Below are positions 34,514-47,360 of a stretch of DNA of 64,000 nucleotides, one piece after another. Position numbers and translations under genes: made by a program. The notes under the pieces are model-generated. The model was not told where the DNA came from, did not search any database, and was given only the letters and a program-made list of their open reading frames with translations. The stretch spans positions 97,342,001 through 97,406,000 of the forward strand of contig NW_024704743.1 in assembly GCF_018977255.1 (NCBI RefSeq), read 5' to 3'. How positions within the stretch are numbered: the first letter of the stretch is position 1; every line of letters starts with the position of its first letter. The DNA is from Callorhinchus milii (lineage: Eukaryota).

Positions 34514-37183
34514 GTAAGTCAACCATAACCATTCAGGTGCTTACTATTGTATATTTTGCAAGCGAGAGACCTGGGTTCGATTGCATTACCAGCAAACCTT
34601 GGGTAAGTTTCCTTACTCCACACGCCTGATAATAATCCCTCAAGAAAAAAAATTATAAATTGGTCATTTCAATTCAAGACTGTTTGTGGGAAACTGCTGT
34701 GCGCAATTGGCTGCCGTGTTTCGCCAACAAATATACAGTCAATTCACTTTACAGTCTATCCTGTGAAGTACTTTGAAACGTCTAGAAGAAGTGAAAAGCG
34801 CTATATCAAATGAAAGGATTATTATTATTATTAATAGGCACCTTCAGATCTGAACAAAACTATAATTGCAGCTATATAATTTTTCTCTATTAATGTACAG
34901 TTTCTAGATTTGAGTACAATTTTACTTCAATGTACAGTGTGTTCACAAAGTCCTTTTACCCCATTACAAAACAGTGATATGAGACTACGGAGGAGCTGAA
35001 ACAAGGTGGCATTTTGCCTCGTCACTCCATCCATGTTACGGAAGATATCATACTGAACATAGCGACGGATCATTATCTGTCATGAAAATGATTGCAATCA
35101 CACCAATCCTCTGGATGTCTGGAAGTCTAAGTACAGTTAAACACTTGTGCTGAATACAATTAAGTACTTCTAAATACAGTGATCATAATTCTTTCATTAT
35201 GTTTCAGTTGTTGGTCAGTGCACTCTACAAAAAAACATGGGGTAACAGGACTTTGTGGACATCATATAGTAAAATAAATTTGAAATAAGTAATTCTTGCT
35301 CTTCTAAAATGTTAAAACAAATTATACCTTTTTTATATTGAGAAACCCAATGAAGAGCCAAGGCTAATATTGTAGCACAATTAAAGGTGAATAGTATTGC
35401 CCTCACTGAAAACTAGAAACATCAAGAAAAAATGATTACATGATAAGCTTGTAGAGTAAAGAGAATGAATTGAAGCAGGACAGTTTATCTGCTCTTTAAA
35501 AATAATGATTTTCTTTCCGTTAAGTCTTTATGTCTTTTGGGTGGAGTAAGAGAATGCCGGGACAGCTTGAGAGAAACGCAATGATCATAGTATATTGTTG
35601 AAAAGGGGAGACAAAGTATGTTGTAACACTGGGTAAATTTCCTACTTTGTGCAGTGAGATCTTTAACATCAACAACAGCAGCAACAGTTTACCCTTGTAC
35701 AGTGCCGATCATGTTGGGAGAACTTCTCAAAGCTGTTTACAAAGGCTGAGTGGGAGTGGAGACTAATGAACCAACGAACTAATGGCTTGAAAGCCAGCTG
35801 ACTACGAGATGTGAATAGGCTGGCTGTGTACATGCCCAATGACTATGGTCCACTCTGCAACTGCAATATAATTGAATTCATGCTGTAATGAAGCACCTGA
35901 TAACAGGGCTTCACTCTTTTGTGCAAATTGTTGTCTGCGCTGGAGTGTCCACCTGGACTAAGTATCCTATTGTCTGTGTCACAGACTGAGATCAAAGTGG
36001 TACCATCGGAGTCAAATTGACACCTAAATCTTGATGACAAGGTGCTGGAACGTGTGAGTTTATTCTCTTATCAAGCGCTCTGGGTTCTATCCCATGTGAG
36101 GGGTGCTATATAAATACAAGTTCTTGTTGTTGTTATCACTTCTCCATTCAACAGCCTCATGTTGATGTTTATCCTGTTTATCAGTTTCCAATCATGCTGG
36201 CGTTGGTACAATAGCGTTCCCTATGGATCTGCAATTTACTAAGTGGTAGTTCTATTTTTGTTTCTAATTTTGAATTGCAATAAAATTTAATCTTTAGAAC
36301 TACTCAGACTGGATATCATTTTCTATTTACGTTAAATTGAAAGGCATGTTTGTTTTGTGAAACTTGGTGTGGCAGGAGGGAAATGTTTCGCATGGACTGA
36401 TCAATAGCAAAAGAAAAGCTCTAGACATTATGAAACTGCATGCTTGATACAGCAATAGAGACATCAGACTAATTCAAACTAATAGCCTTTCCCTGCAGCT
36501 CAACATGGGTACTAATTCTATGAAAGGTGGACATACCTTCATCTTGATAAAGAATAGTATATGAATACAATTTGCGAATGGTATCATCCAAAGTATCTTT
36601 AGTTGATGCCTGTTTGGCAGTGATAGATTTACAGTGCTGGCAGGCATTTGGAGTCATTAACTGATCTTTGAACATTAACTGTGGAGAAGAAAAGCTATGG
36701 TTTAAAATAGGAACAGTGTACATCTTAAGATGAAGGGTAAGTGATGCTTTTGACCTGCGGTGGCAGTGAAAACTACTCTTACTTCTACTGCCAGAGAAAA
36801 ATGAATGAAAAAAATGGCTACAATACCTTGTAAAAGTGGATATTCAATCACTTTAACATAGCTCGTTTTTGTCTTGGAAGTAAAAATGTTTTTCCTGGGC
36901 AGTAGAAAACCCATTGCCCTGTGATCTTTACAAACTTGGAGGGAAGATGTTCAAATGCTGAAAAAGTAACCACAGTAATAAGAGGACAATTGAAAGTTTC
37001 AGATGATTTGCAATAAAAGTTTTATGAATGACTCAAATATTTAAATGAGATTGGATTTTACATTCAACTTATTTATCCAGCTTAATATTGTAATGTCTAT
37101 TTTAGCTACAATACAAAAAAAGGTATAAAATTGGCAAGACTCGAAAGATTAATGTGGTTTCTTGTTTCTTTTATTCATGGCAG

Positions 37184-37356
37184 GCTGCGAGTTTTTGAAC
37201 AAACTGGACCTAACTATTAATTTTGTGGGAGAATTGACCAGTGTGGCGTCGCTGAAACACAATGTACATCTGAAAGAACTATTTCTGATGGGAAATCCCT
37301 GTACGGAGTTTGAAGGCTACAGGCAGTTTGTTATTGCTACACTCCCACAGCTAAAG
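37184..37356 (+). CDS. LRRC6: LRRC6 exon 4 (LRR/LRRcap)
   Basis: [58 protein letters not shown]; ggcag/gtagat; 173 nt. Confidence 0.97.
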
Positions 37357-37361
37357 GTAGA

Positions 37362-37690
37362 TAACAACAGCAACTTGCACTTATATAGTGGCCTCCAGCG
37401 GGGTAGCATTTCAAAGCACTTAACAATGGCGGAGCCTGACTCCAAGCCGGTGTGGGAGGTGGCCGTAAGCACGGTCAAAGAGGAAGGTTTTCAGGTGGGA
37501 CATGAAAATGGGTAGAGAGGGGGCAAGGCTGTGACTGAGGGAGAGCATTCCAGAGTTTCGGGGCGTAGTGCGTGAAAGCGTGACCTCCGATGATGGGATT
37601 GAGCAGGAGGACAGTGCCAATTGAGTGGAGGCACCGGGTGGTGGATTGGGGAGTGAGGAGGTTGGAGATGTAGGGAGTTGCCAAAGAGTG
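37362..37690 (-). mobile_element. Old L2 3' end immediately after LRRC6 exon 4
   Basis: [29 protein letters not shown], tail. Confidence 0.85.
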
Positions 37691-38360
37691 AAGGGACCTC
37701 CCTAGATAGAGGGTCATTGTGTTCCCTTTCAAATATAGGTGTTGCGGATCCAACATTCATTGGTATCATAATGCACCTTTTGGTTAACATTAATTATTAA
37801 CATTGATACTTGTCTAGGTGGTTGTCTACACACAAAATTAGGATGCTTGGATATGGATCCAGCATTTATGTGGCTAGTAGGGTTAGCTTGACAAATGACA
37901 GATGTGTGGCAATAGTTGACTATAGGGATAGGACTGGAGGAGTCACATCTAATAGGCCTGGCAAATATTGTTAATGTTACTGGACTGAAGAAATTAGAAT
38001 TTATTGTACTAGAGTTACAAGGCAGTGATTCATTTAAGCAGTTAAATGAAGAGGCTGAAGGTCAAAAGATGTGTGTATGTCCGTCTAATTGAAATACTAA
38101 ATTATTATTTAAACTCACTTTTAGATTTTTTTGCTACATAATCTGTAGTTTATCCATAATATGGTTGTGCAGAACAGAGTTGTACGATTGGAAGAATGAG
38201 TAAGATAGGGTCTGAAAATGTAATTAACCACTGTATATTACCAGGAAATCGCATTATCTTTTTATAATTGGTGTGGTCTTTCATATTTTACCTGAAGTCC
38301 AACTTCCAGTTTCAAAGCAAGTTATTGAACATGGAATTCTTTTTGTTTCTTGGACTACAG

Positions 38361-38587
38361 CAGTTAGATGGGAAGGAAATAGACCGCTCTGAACAGATTC
38401 AGGCACTGCAAGATTACCCAGAAGTGCGACGACAAGTTTTAGAACAACAACAAGCATATCTCTTAAAGCGAGCCAGAGAAAAAAAAGAAGCACAGAAGTA
38501 CTTAGAAAAGAAAGGCAATAAAGAGAAAGCTGAAGAAAAACGAAAGCCTGGCTTTGATGGACGTTGGTACACTGATATCAATACCAT
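38361..38587 (+). CDS. LRRC6: LRRC6 exon 5 (coiled-coil region)
   Basis: QLDGKEIDRSEQIQALQDY...GFDGRWYTDINT; tacag acceptor (NAGNAG), gtatgt donor. Confidence 0.95.
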
Positions 38588-39060
38588 GTATGTAAAACTG
38601 TGGTTCATTTGTAATTTTAAGAAATAGGAGAGGGAAAATACATTGGTTTTAACAGATTCCATCTTAAAATTACTGCATCAAATCTCTTAAGACACATTAC
38701 AATTTCAGTAGCTTTTTATTTAATTTTTTCAGTTGTGAACATGTTGTCTCCCCCAAATTTCTATATCTAGACATTTTATTAGCAACTCACTTATCCTTAA
38801 TTTTAGAAACCCTTTTATTTTATATCCCTAGCATATAAAAGGTCTTTTATGTAGCTTGAATGTTTTGTTCTTAAAGTTTCAGTTTGAAAAATTCTTTCAT
38901 CTCCTTCTGACTGACTGAAAAGCCTCCTATCAAATTAAGACTGAATTTAAGACCTTTTCAACTTTCTGAGTGATATTAAATTTGAGCTTGTAATGGTTTC
39001 AAAGGCTAAAACTGGGTGACGCTTTGGGCCTTATGTCTCCTATTTTTATTTTTTGAGTAG

Positions 39061-39252
39061 ATCTGACCATGGAAAGAACACAAAGGATAAGCAAAACAAT
39101 GGCCATAGTGAAGAGGAACAAGACCACAAGGTTATAGATGAAGACGAAATGAACAAGTCATTCTGGGAGGAGCCTACAGCTTTCACCCCTGAATCTAGAC
39201 TGGAGACTCACAGATACCTTGAAGAGAAGCGCAAAATCAAAGAAGAGAACAA
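39061..39252 (+). CDS. LRRC6: LRRC6 exon 6
   Basis: ...FWEEPTAFTPESRLETHRYLEEKRK...; gagtag/gtaaac; phase 2->2. Confidence 0.93.
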
Positions 39253-39607
39253 GTAAACATAATTAACAAATAATTATTAAATTTATACTCAAGCATGGTG
39301 ATGGGTTTTGTATGTGTCAGATGCCTGGCTGACCATAATAAAATAATTAAATACTCTTCTACAGGGTTAGCTATTCCAATTCTGCATTGTAAATTAATAT
39401 TGTATTGTAACAAATTGCAGTCTTGATTGCAGTGAGGCAATAAAAATTGTAATAATAATGCTTACATTTGGTATATCGCCTTTCATGTCAGGGGGACCTC
39501 TCAAAGTGCTTCACAGTATATATAGTGTAAAGTGTCATGACTGTGTTTTGTGGACAAATGCAGCAGTCAATTTGTGCCTGAATATTGTCCTCAATGAGAC
39601 ATTGAGG

Positions 39608-39995
39608 ACAACAACTTGGATTTATTTAGCGCCCTCCACGCCGGACGGCATCTCAGAGCGCTTTACAATAACGGATCCCGGGACCGAGCCAGGGGGAGGG
39701 GGAGGAAGGTGACCAAAGGCGCGGTCGAAAAGAAAGATCTTCAGCAGAGACCTGAAAATGGGAAGGGAGGGAGCGAGACGAAGGGAGTGAGGAAGGCAGT
39801 TTCAGTGCTTCGGGACTTAGTGGCTGAAGGCATGACCACCGAGGGTGGAGCGGAGGACTTGGGGGTGAGGAGGAGGCCAGACCCGGAGCAACAAAGGCAA
39901 CGGGTACTGTTTTGAGGAGAGAGGAGGTCAGAGAGGTAGGGGTGGTGCAGAGGAGTGCAGGGACTTGAATACAAGGGTGAGGATCTTGAAATCGA
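39608..39995 (-). mobile_element. L2 3' end
   Basis: YLSDLLSP..TRCLCCSGSGLL; tail. Confidence 0.8.
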
Positions 39996-40372
39996 TCAAT
40001 GAAGCTGAGAGAGGGTAAAATGCACAGAGCTCCCAATGCTATTGATTACTACTTGATATAAAGTGTGTGTGTGTGTGTCAATGTCCAGTACAGACAATAT
40101 TGGATTTAATGGCGATGCTGCCTGGCCAAATAGTATGCCAGACGCTTACTGTCTTTCTAGGCTCAAACGTGAACATGTTGGTAAATTACCAAATGCTTGC
40201 TAGTGCATTTGAATTTAAATACTTGTAGCAGACACCACCTTCAAGAAGGATGTAGGAGAAAACAAACTACATTGGTTATTTTTAGATTATTTTGTACTGC
40301 TATTTATTGTATTTTATTTGATTCATATAATTCTTCTATTGATTAGAATGTCTTAAATATTTATCATTACAG

Positions 40373-40444
40373 AGATAAGAAACAAAAACCTCAACGAATG
40401 CTGATCAATGCTGAAGGACGTGTCCTGAATGTCAATGAGCCGAA
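40373..40444 (+). CDS. LRRC6: LRRC6 exon 7
   Basis: DKKQKPQRMLINAEGRVLNVNEPK; tacag/gtatgt. Confidence 0.94.
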
Positions 40445-41348
40445 GTATGTGAAAATGTTATTCTAAATGTCTAAATGCAAGATTTGTATCTCTGATAAAA
40501 TTTATAGGTTAATTTAATATAACAGTGTACAAAGTGTGTATATTATTGTGTAACTATGTATTGTTGACTGTTTATACTGTAACTATAAGCAACTCTGACA
40601 CTTTATTTCAGATTAGAACTCATTCCACAAGTAGCGTGATTGCCATTTTTCTCTATAAGCATTTTTTAAATAGATTTTTACTTAAAAAATACTAATTTAG
40701 CAAACTAAACAAACGTTTAGATATTAGATATTCAGTGGCCATATCTAAGGTTAATAAGCTCTTTTGATAGTAGAGATCGACTAGTAAGATACGCTGTCAA
40801 TCCACTTTACAATATATTCTGTGAAGCGCTTTGAGATGTCTCAACGACGTGATAAGGCTCTATATCAAAATCAAGGATTATTATTATTTTTTAGCATGAG
40901 CTGATCTTATGTTACAGGTTTTATTTTTTCTGAATTTCTAACCGTTAACTGTAGTTATATTATTTATCTCATAACATCCAAAAAGGTTGGCATGAGCAAT
41001 GAACAAAGTGACGAGAATATGGGACAGACAATTTGCTGAATCACATGAGTACAAATTCTGCAGAATTCAAACTCCAATGAAAGTGATCAAACGGTATAGT
41101 GATTTGTCACAACTGGAGCAGTACATACAGTTTGGGTTTCCATATGATAACTTAAGAAGAATGACAAGATAAGTTGGGCTCTTTGGCCTTGAAAACAGTG
41201 GGGACCCTGCAGAAGCTGTTCTATTTGATGTTCATTCTTTTTCTGGTTCAATTTTATACTTTAGTGTCCTGCTTTATAGTCTGTTTCCATTTAATTTGCT
41301 TCCTTGTATAGTTTTACGAAGTGTTTTTTTGTGCAATGTAATCATTGT

Positions 41349-43637
41349 CATTGGTGATCCCTAACCACTGCCTTGGAGTCCTCTGAACTCCTCTCCCTCT
41401 GGCCTTCAACCCTCACTGATCCTCTTCTCCTCTCACCCTCCTCCACAACACCCTGTGCTCCACACTCGATACTCTTGCCCCCATCACCTCCCATACTGTC
41501 TCCTACTCTCGCTCCTCCCCCTGGTTCACCACCCACCTCCACTCACTGAAGAGCCAGGTGCGGGCTGCTGAACGCATCTGCCTCAAATCTGGCCTAACGG
41601 TCCACCGACAAATCTGGCTGGACCTCCTCAAAATCTACCGCTCCACTCTAGCCTCAGCCAAGTCGTCCTTCTACTCCAGGATAATTCTGGAGGTGAAGAA
41701 CAACCCCAGGCTTCTGTTTTCTACCACATCCCGACTCCTCCGTCCCCCCCGCCACCCCGCGCAGGTCATCTCCTCCAACCTTCACTCTGAGGAGATACTG
41801 GATTTCCTTGAATCCAAAATCAAGGGAATCCGCTCTGCGGTCACTTCCCCTCCAACCTCCACCCACCCCCCACCCCCTCCCTCCCACACTCCGACTCTTA
41901 ACCATCCTCCCCTACACACTTTCGTACCCGTTTCCCCACCCTCTGTCACCAAACTCATCCTATCCCTGAAACCCACCACCTGCTCCCTTGACCCCATCCC
42001 CACTCCACTCCTTATCTCCCAGCTCCACCTCCTTGCCCCACATATCACAGACATCGTCAACCTGTCCCTCTCCTCTGGCTCTGTTCCCATTCCCTTAAAA
42101 ACTGCCACCATCACTCCCACCTTGAAAAAACCCTCCCTTGATGCGTCGCAGCTATCAAGCTACCGGCCCATCTCCAACCTCCCCTTCCTGTCCAAGGTCC
42201 TTGAAAGAGTTGTCGCCTCCCAGCTGCGCTCTTTCCTCTCCACCCATTCATTATTCGAACCCCTTCAGTCGGGTTTCCGTGCTGCCCATAGCACAGAAAC
42301 TGCCCTGGTCAAGGTCACCAATGACATCCTGACCATCTGTGACCAGGGCTCCCTCTGCCTCCTCGTCCTCCTCGACCTATCGGCAGCATTCGATACGGTC
42401 GACCATGCTATCCTCCTCCACCGCTTGTCCTCCCACCTCAACCTTCAAGGCCCTGTCCTTGAGTGGTTTAGGTCGTACCTCTCCCACCGTCTTCACTTTG
42501 TTTCCACGAACGGCTTTTCCTCCAGCCCCCGCACTGTCTCGTGCGGTGTCCCTCAGGGCTCTGTCCTCGGTCCCCTCCTCTTCACCCTCTATATGCTCCC
42601 CCTTGGTGACATCATCCGCAGACATGGGGTTAACTTCCACATGTATGCGGATGACACCCAACTCTACCTTTCCTCCTCTACCCTCAACTCCACGACCACC
42701 GATGTCCTGACAGCTGCCTGTCCGACATCGAGTCCTGGACGAGAGACAACTTTCTTCAGCTCAACGTGCGCAAAACTGAGGCCCTCCTGATTGGCTCACG
42801 TCAGCGCCTCCGCACCTCAGGCGCTGACAGCATCAGCATCCAAGGCTGCACTCTCCACCTCTCAAAGCCAGTCAGGAACCTCGGTGTTCTGTTCGACCCT
42901 GAGCTGTCCTTTCTCCCTCATATCTGCGCCACAACTGGCACCGCCTTCCATCACCTCCGGAACATCGCCAGACTACGGCACTACCTCACCCCTCACGCTG
43001 CTGAAACTCTGGTCCACGCCTTTATCACCTCAAGGCTGGACTATGGGAACTCTCTCCTCGCCGGCCTTCCCGGCACCTCCCTCCACAAGCTGCAGGTCAT
43101 TCAGAACTCTGCAGCTCGTGTACTGTCCCGCACCAGGCTTCGCGACCACATCACTCCCACCCTCGCTCGCCTCCACTGGCTCCCCATCCCCCAGAGGATC
43201 GAATTCAAGATCCTCATCCTCACCTACAAGGCCATTCACGGCCTTGCTCCCTCCTACCTCTCCGACCTACTATCCCCCTACCTACCTGCCCGTACCCTCC
43301 GTTCCTCTGGCTCCGGTCTGCTCCACATCCCCCGCCCCAACCGCCCTACCATCGGTGGCCGGGCCTTCAGCCTCTCAGCCCCTAGGCTCTGGAACTCTAT
43401 CCCCCAGTGCCTTCGCCGCCTCCTCCCTTTCCTCCTTCAAGACCCGTCTCAAGACCTTTCTCTTTGACCGAGCCTTCAGCTCCCCTCTCGACTCTCTACC
43501 CCCTCCTTGCTCCCTCCCTTCCCTCCCCTCACCATTTCCCCCTTGCTCGGGTCCTGACCCAACTGTACAGTGCCTTGGGACGTCCTCCCGACGTGAAAGG
43601 CGCTCTATAAATGGAATCTTGTTAATGTTGTTGTTGA
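41349..43637 (+). mobile_element. L2-clade LINE, 5'-truncated, ORF2 reverse transcriptase with frameshifts, intact 3' tail
   Basis: [53 protein letters not shown] (42644-42655), LHWLP..RIEFK; frameshifts near 42711 and 43417; stem-loop tail + (TTG)n. Confidence 0.96.
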
Positions 43638-44183
43638 TATTACCACTGAGGCTTACCCTGCCAGTGTGTTGAATATCATGGATCATTTCAATGACGGAGT
43701 CATATCACAATCACCTTCCATCATCTTAACATTCACAAGATCACACACAGTCATAAGGTTGATTTGGATGAAGAAGGCCCTTTGGCTGATCAAATCTCAC
43801 CTTTCCAGAACACCCATCCCACTGCATTATAATAATGTTCCATTATAGCATCACACTGCTTTTTAAATTAGTGTCCTGGCCTCAACCACCTTTCCTGGCA
43901 AAATGCAATTATTGATTACCCTTGTGAGTAAAGAATTTTGCCAGGAAAATGATGTGCCAGCAAAGCTTTCGATTATCATGTTGGTCTGCACAGATTTAAT
44001 TTTGTGTGTTCTTTTAGAATAGATACAAAATGAATTTTCTTCAATATATTTATTTTGTAAAATGCCCATCAAAGTTATAAATTCACTAGCTGAGGAAATC
44101 ACTGCTGTCTTGGTTGCTGAAGTCTTTCGTTGTGGAAGGATTCCACTCAACGTTGAAAGTATTAACTTGTTTTTGCTTTACAG

Positions 44184-44249
44184 GATTGATTTCACATTGA
44201 CTGATGATGAGGAAAATAATCAAATTGTCTTAGATCTTGCTGTTTACAG
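44184..44249 (+). CDS. LRRC6: LRRC6 exon 8 (CS/p23-like domain)
   Basis: IDFTLTDDEENNQIVLDLAVYR; tacag/gtcagc. Confidence 0.95.
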
Positions 44250-47200
44250 GTCAGCTTTATTTCATGATGCAGTCATTGAATACATTTAATCATCCGGATG
44301 TTGTTGTCTGGGGTTGAAGTTTTACTAATTTATAAAAGATGTCAATGGCAAACAATGAATTTTTAGCTGGTTAAACTCCAGCAGCACCTCAATACACCCT
44401 TTGGGTTCCAAGCCTTGGTTCTTGCCAACCAGCACCTAATAATCTTTGAAATTAGATAAAACAGGCTAGCCCTTGGGGAGAGTGTGCACATTCCATTCCA
44501 GATATAGAAATTTTGATATGTTAGGATCTCAATCTAATTTGGATACTGTAAAGTTTAGTGTCTCCCTATTTGCAGGCAAACATTGCAGCCAATAATTTAG
44601 ACAAATGAATATCCTACAAACAACCATGAGTGAATGACCAATGTTATCTGAGGGATTATTAGCCAAGACACGTGGAGAAACTCCCTTTAGTGTTCATTAC
44701 AGTCCCATTAGCATAGGAAGCTGACATGTTAGCACTGGATGCTGGATGTACTGTGTATCTAGTGGTGCAGTTCCATAGCACATCAGCATAATAAGTTTGT
44801 TCTGTTAGTGGTTATGAGTGCATCACAATTTGTTGTTATTACTAACATATACAGGTATTATAACAAATATACAGTCAATTCACTTTACGGTCTTCTGTGA
44901 AGCACCTTGAGACGTCTATAAGACGTGAAAAGCGCTATATCAAATGCAAGTATTATTACTATTACTTCAGGAACTTGGCAAAATAAGGTAATCCACAGTA
45001 TTTACGCAGTCATTACGGTTCCTTTCTCAGGAGATTCCCAGATAGTAATTGCACAGTGCCTCAAAATGGGAGAAAGGTTAGCCATCTACATCTTTTAACA
45101 ATTTAACCTATCAATGCATGTGTGAAAATCTGGTGTCTGGAGATAAATACTTTGAATATTAATGGGAGTTATTTTATTTAAGTTGCTAAGCTGTTGAAGG
45201 GTATTGAAATAGTCATTTAAATTTGACACACTTGATTGGATGGTGCAGACAATTTGTATATTCCTGGGTACCAGGAAAAATACTAGGTTCCAGATAAGAA
45301 TGCAAACAGATACTGAAATTGATTCCATAGAGTTCATTTGCGCAAATGTGCTGCATGATACAAGGAAATATTTGTCATCATCAGGGATTAATTTGCTTAT
45401 GCAACTTATTTGGAAGAAACTAGGATGAAATAAACTTGTTTCTTTACTTATTTACGTCCTCCCAACGTGAAAGGCGCTCTATAAATGGAATCTTGTTGTT
45501 GTTGTTATACTGCAGAACAATATAAGTGGTTAGAAAATGTGGTCAGTTCCCTTCCGAGTTGTGTTTTATTCCTCTTCACTATTTAGGTCCTTCCATTTAC
45601 TCCTCATTGTCTTTCATTAGGAAACTAATTAAGTCCAAAGAAAGTATAAAAATGGGGAGAAAATAAAAAGAATTGGAAATGTAAAGAGAATACTGCATAT
45701 GAACCAAGACCACATTGAGCAATTGGAGAAGTCTTTGACATTCACAATGACAGTACTTTAAATCTGTACTTTTAAAAATTGTAAAGTAATAAAGTAAGAA
45801 AAAAATACTGAAATGTTCTACTATCTGTTTTGCTTTCTTTCACTTCACATCTAAATGATTTGAAATTGAACAGCAGTGGGTTTATATTACAAGCTCAAGA
45901 CTTCTCTAAATTTCCATGTATATCACCACTAAGGATGACATGGTTTGGCAGTGTACCAGGTGGTTAATCATTTCCAATAATGTGTAATTTTACTGATTTA
46001 ATAATGAACCTATCATTTATGGAATGCAGCAGTATGTTATTGCCGAGCACAAATTGGCTGCTATGTTGGTCCACAAAATATTTACACCATTTTATAGTAT
46101 CTCCTTTGAAATGCTTTGAGACATTCAATGAAGTGATAAGGTGCTATATGAAATGCAAGGATTATCATTATGATTATTATTATCTCCTCCCCAGTTTTCA
46201 TCCAGACTCTATGATCTCTGTCTTGACTCCAGTTTTCCTTCCCACTTATTCAATCTTTCTCCAGATTATGGCAGTTCTTGCTGCTTTATTTCTGATATTT
46301 TCTTTACTGACTTTCCCTTCCTGACTGTTTTATTTCTGGCTGGCTTCAACCTTCCTATTTACATACGTAAATAAATCCACAGAAATGCAACTCTCTTGCT
46401 TGTTTCGCAAGTCTGAAAAACCAAATCTAATTTTCCTTAGCAAAATTTATTTTCTCATATGATAAAGGTGTTTACATGCCCAGATGTATACTGAGATATA
46501 TGTTTTTAGTATACATCTGGGCAACAACTGCAAAGAAAGCAGATGTCAGCCTGGTTCCTCAGCTCTGGAGTTGGCATTTAGAAACTGCCATTAGGAATAT
46601 ATAAGGGCAGGCCAGAAATGAATATTGTCTCCAAGGGAAGAACCTTGTATGTTCTTGGTGCTTCCCCAAGTCAACCTCAGCAGGGTGGGGTTATTACACT
46701 CATAAATCCTCATCCCACCATATATTGATGCTCCAACATGCTATACTTCAGACTATCTACAAATATCATGCCTTTCTAGTTCCGCTGCATTGCCTATCTC
46801 TTAAAATTTACTTCACGCAATATGCACAACCAGTGATAGTAGGCACGTACTATACTGTATGCAGTTGAATGCAGATTTAGTCTTGCATATACTGATACAC
46901 TAGCAGTGAAGTGAGCTGACCTTAGCTCTGTAAACGTTCAGGAAACCAGGGAAGAAATTCTGAAAAATTGTAAGTGGCCCAAGGTCATAAAATGATTTCA
47001 CAAACATAGATTATTAATTCATAGCTGGAATTGAACGTGTGACAACACATTTATTACAAAATATTTTGAAATAAGTGATAATGATTATTAGTCTCCCCAG
47101 ACACATTTGTTTTACTTTAGTCTAAACAATTAGATTAAAAATATATTTGGATGTTTTCTTAAAACTGCTTTTATCCTGAAACCGACACTGTACACAGTTT

Positions 47201-47290
47201 CTACAAGGCAAGCATTGTAGCACTGGACATATTTTTCAAAGCACTATATAATATTTTAGTTCAAATCTCTTTTTAAAATTAATCCTACAG

Positions 47291-47360
47291 ATACTTGGAT
47301 ACCTCTCTACTTGATATTGATATACAAACAACATATGTCCGAGTGATGGTTAAAGGAAAG
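47291..47360 (+). CDS. LRRC6: LRRC6 exon 9
   Basis: YLDTSLLDIDIQTTYVRVMVKGK; tacag/gtatgt; 70 nt. Confidence 0.96.

Noticed and set aside
42791..43672. Long Pro/Ser-rich ORFs (293 aa here, 274 aa at 26434-27258)
   Set aside because: Alternative frames of C-rich L2 sequence
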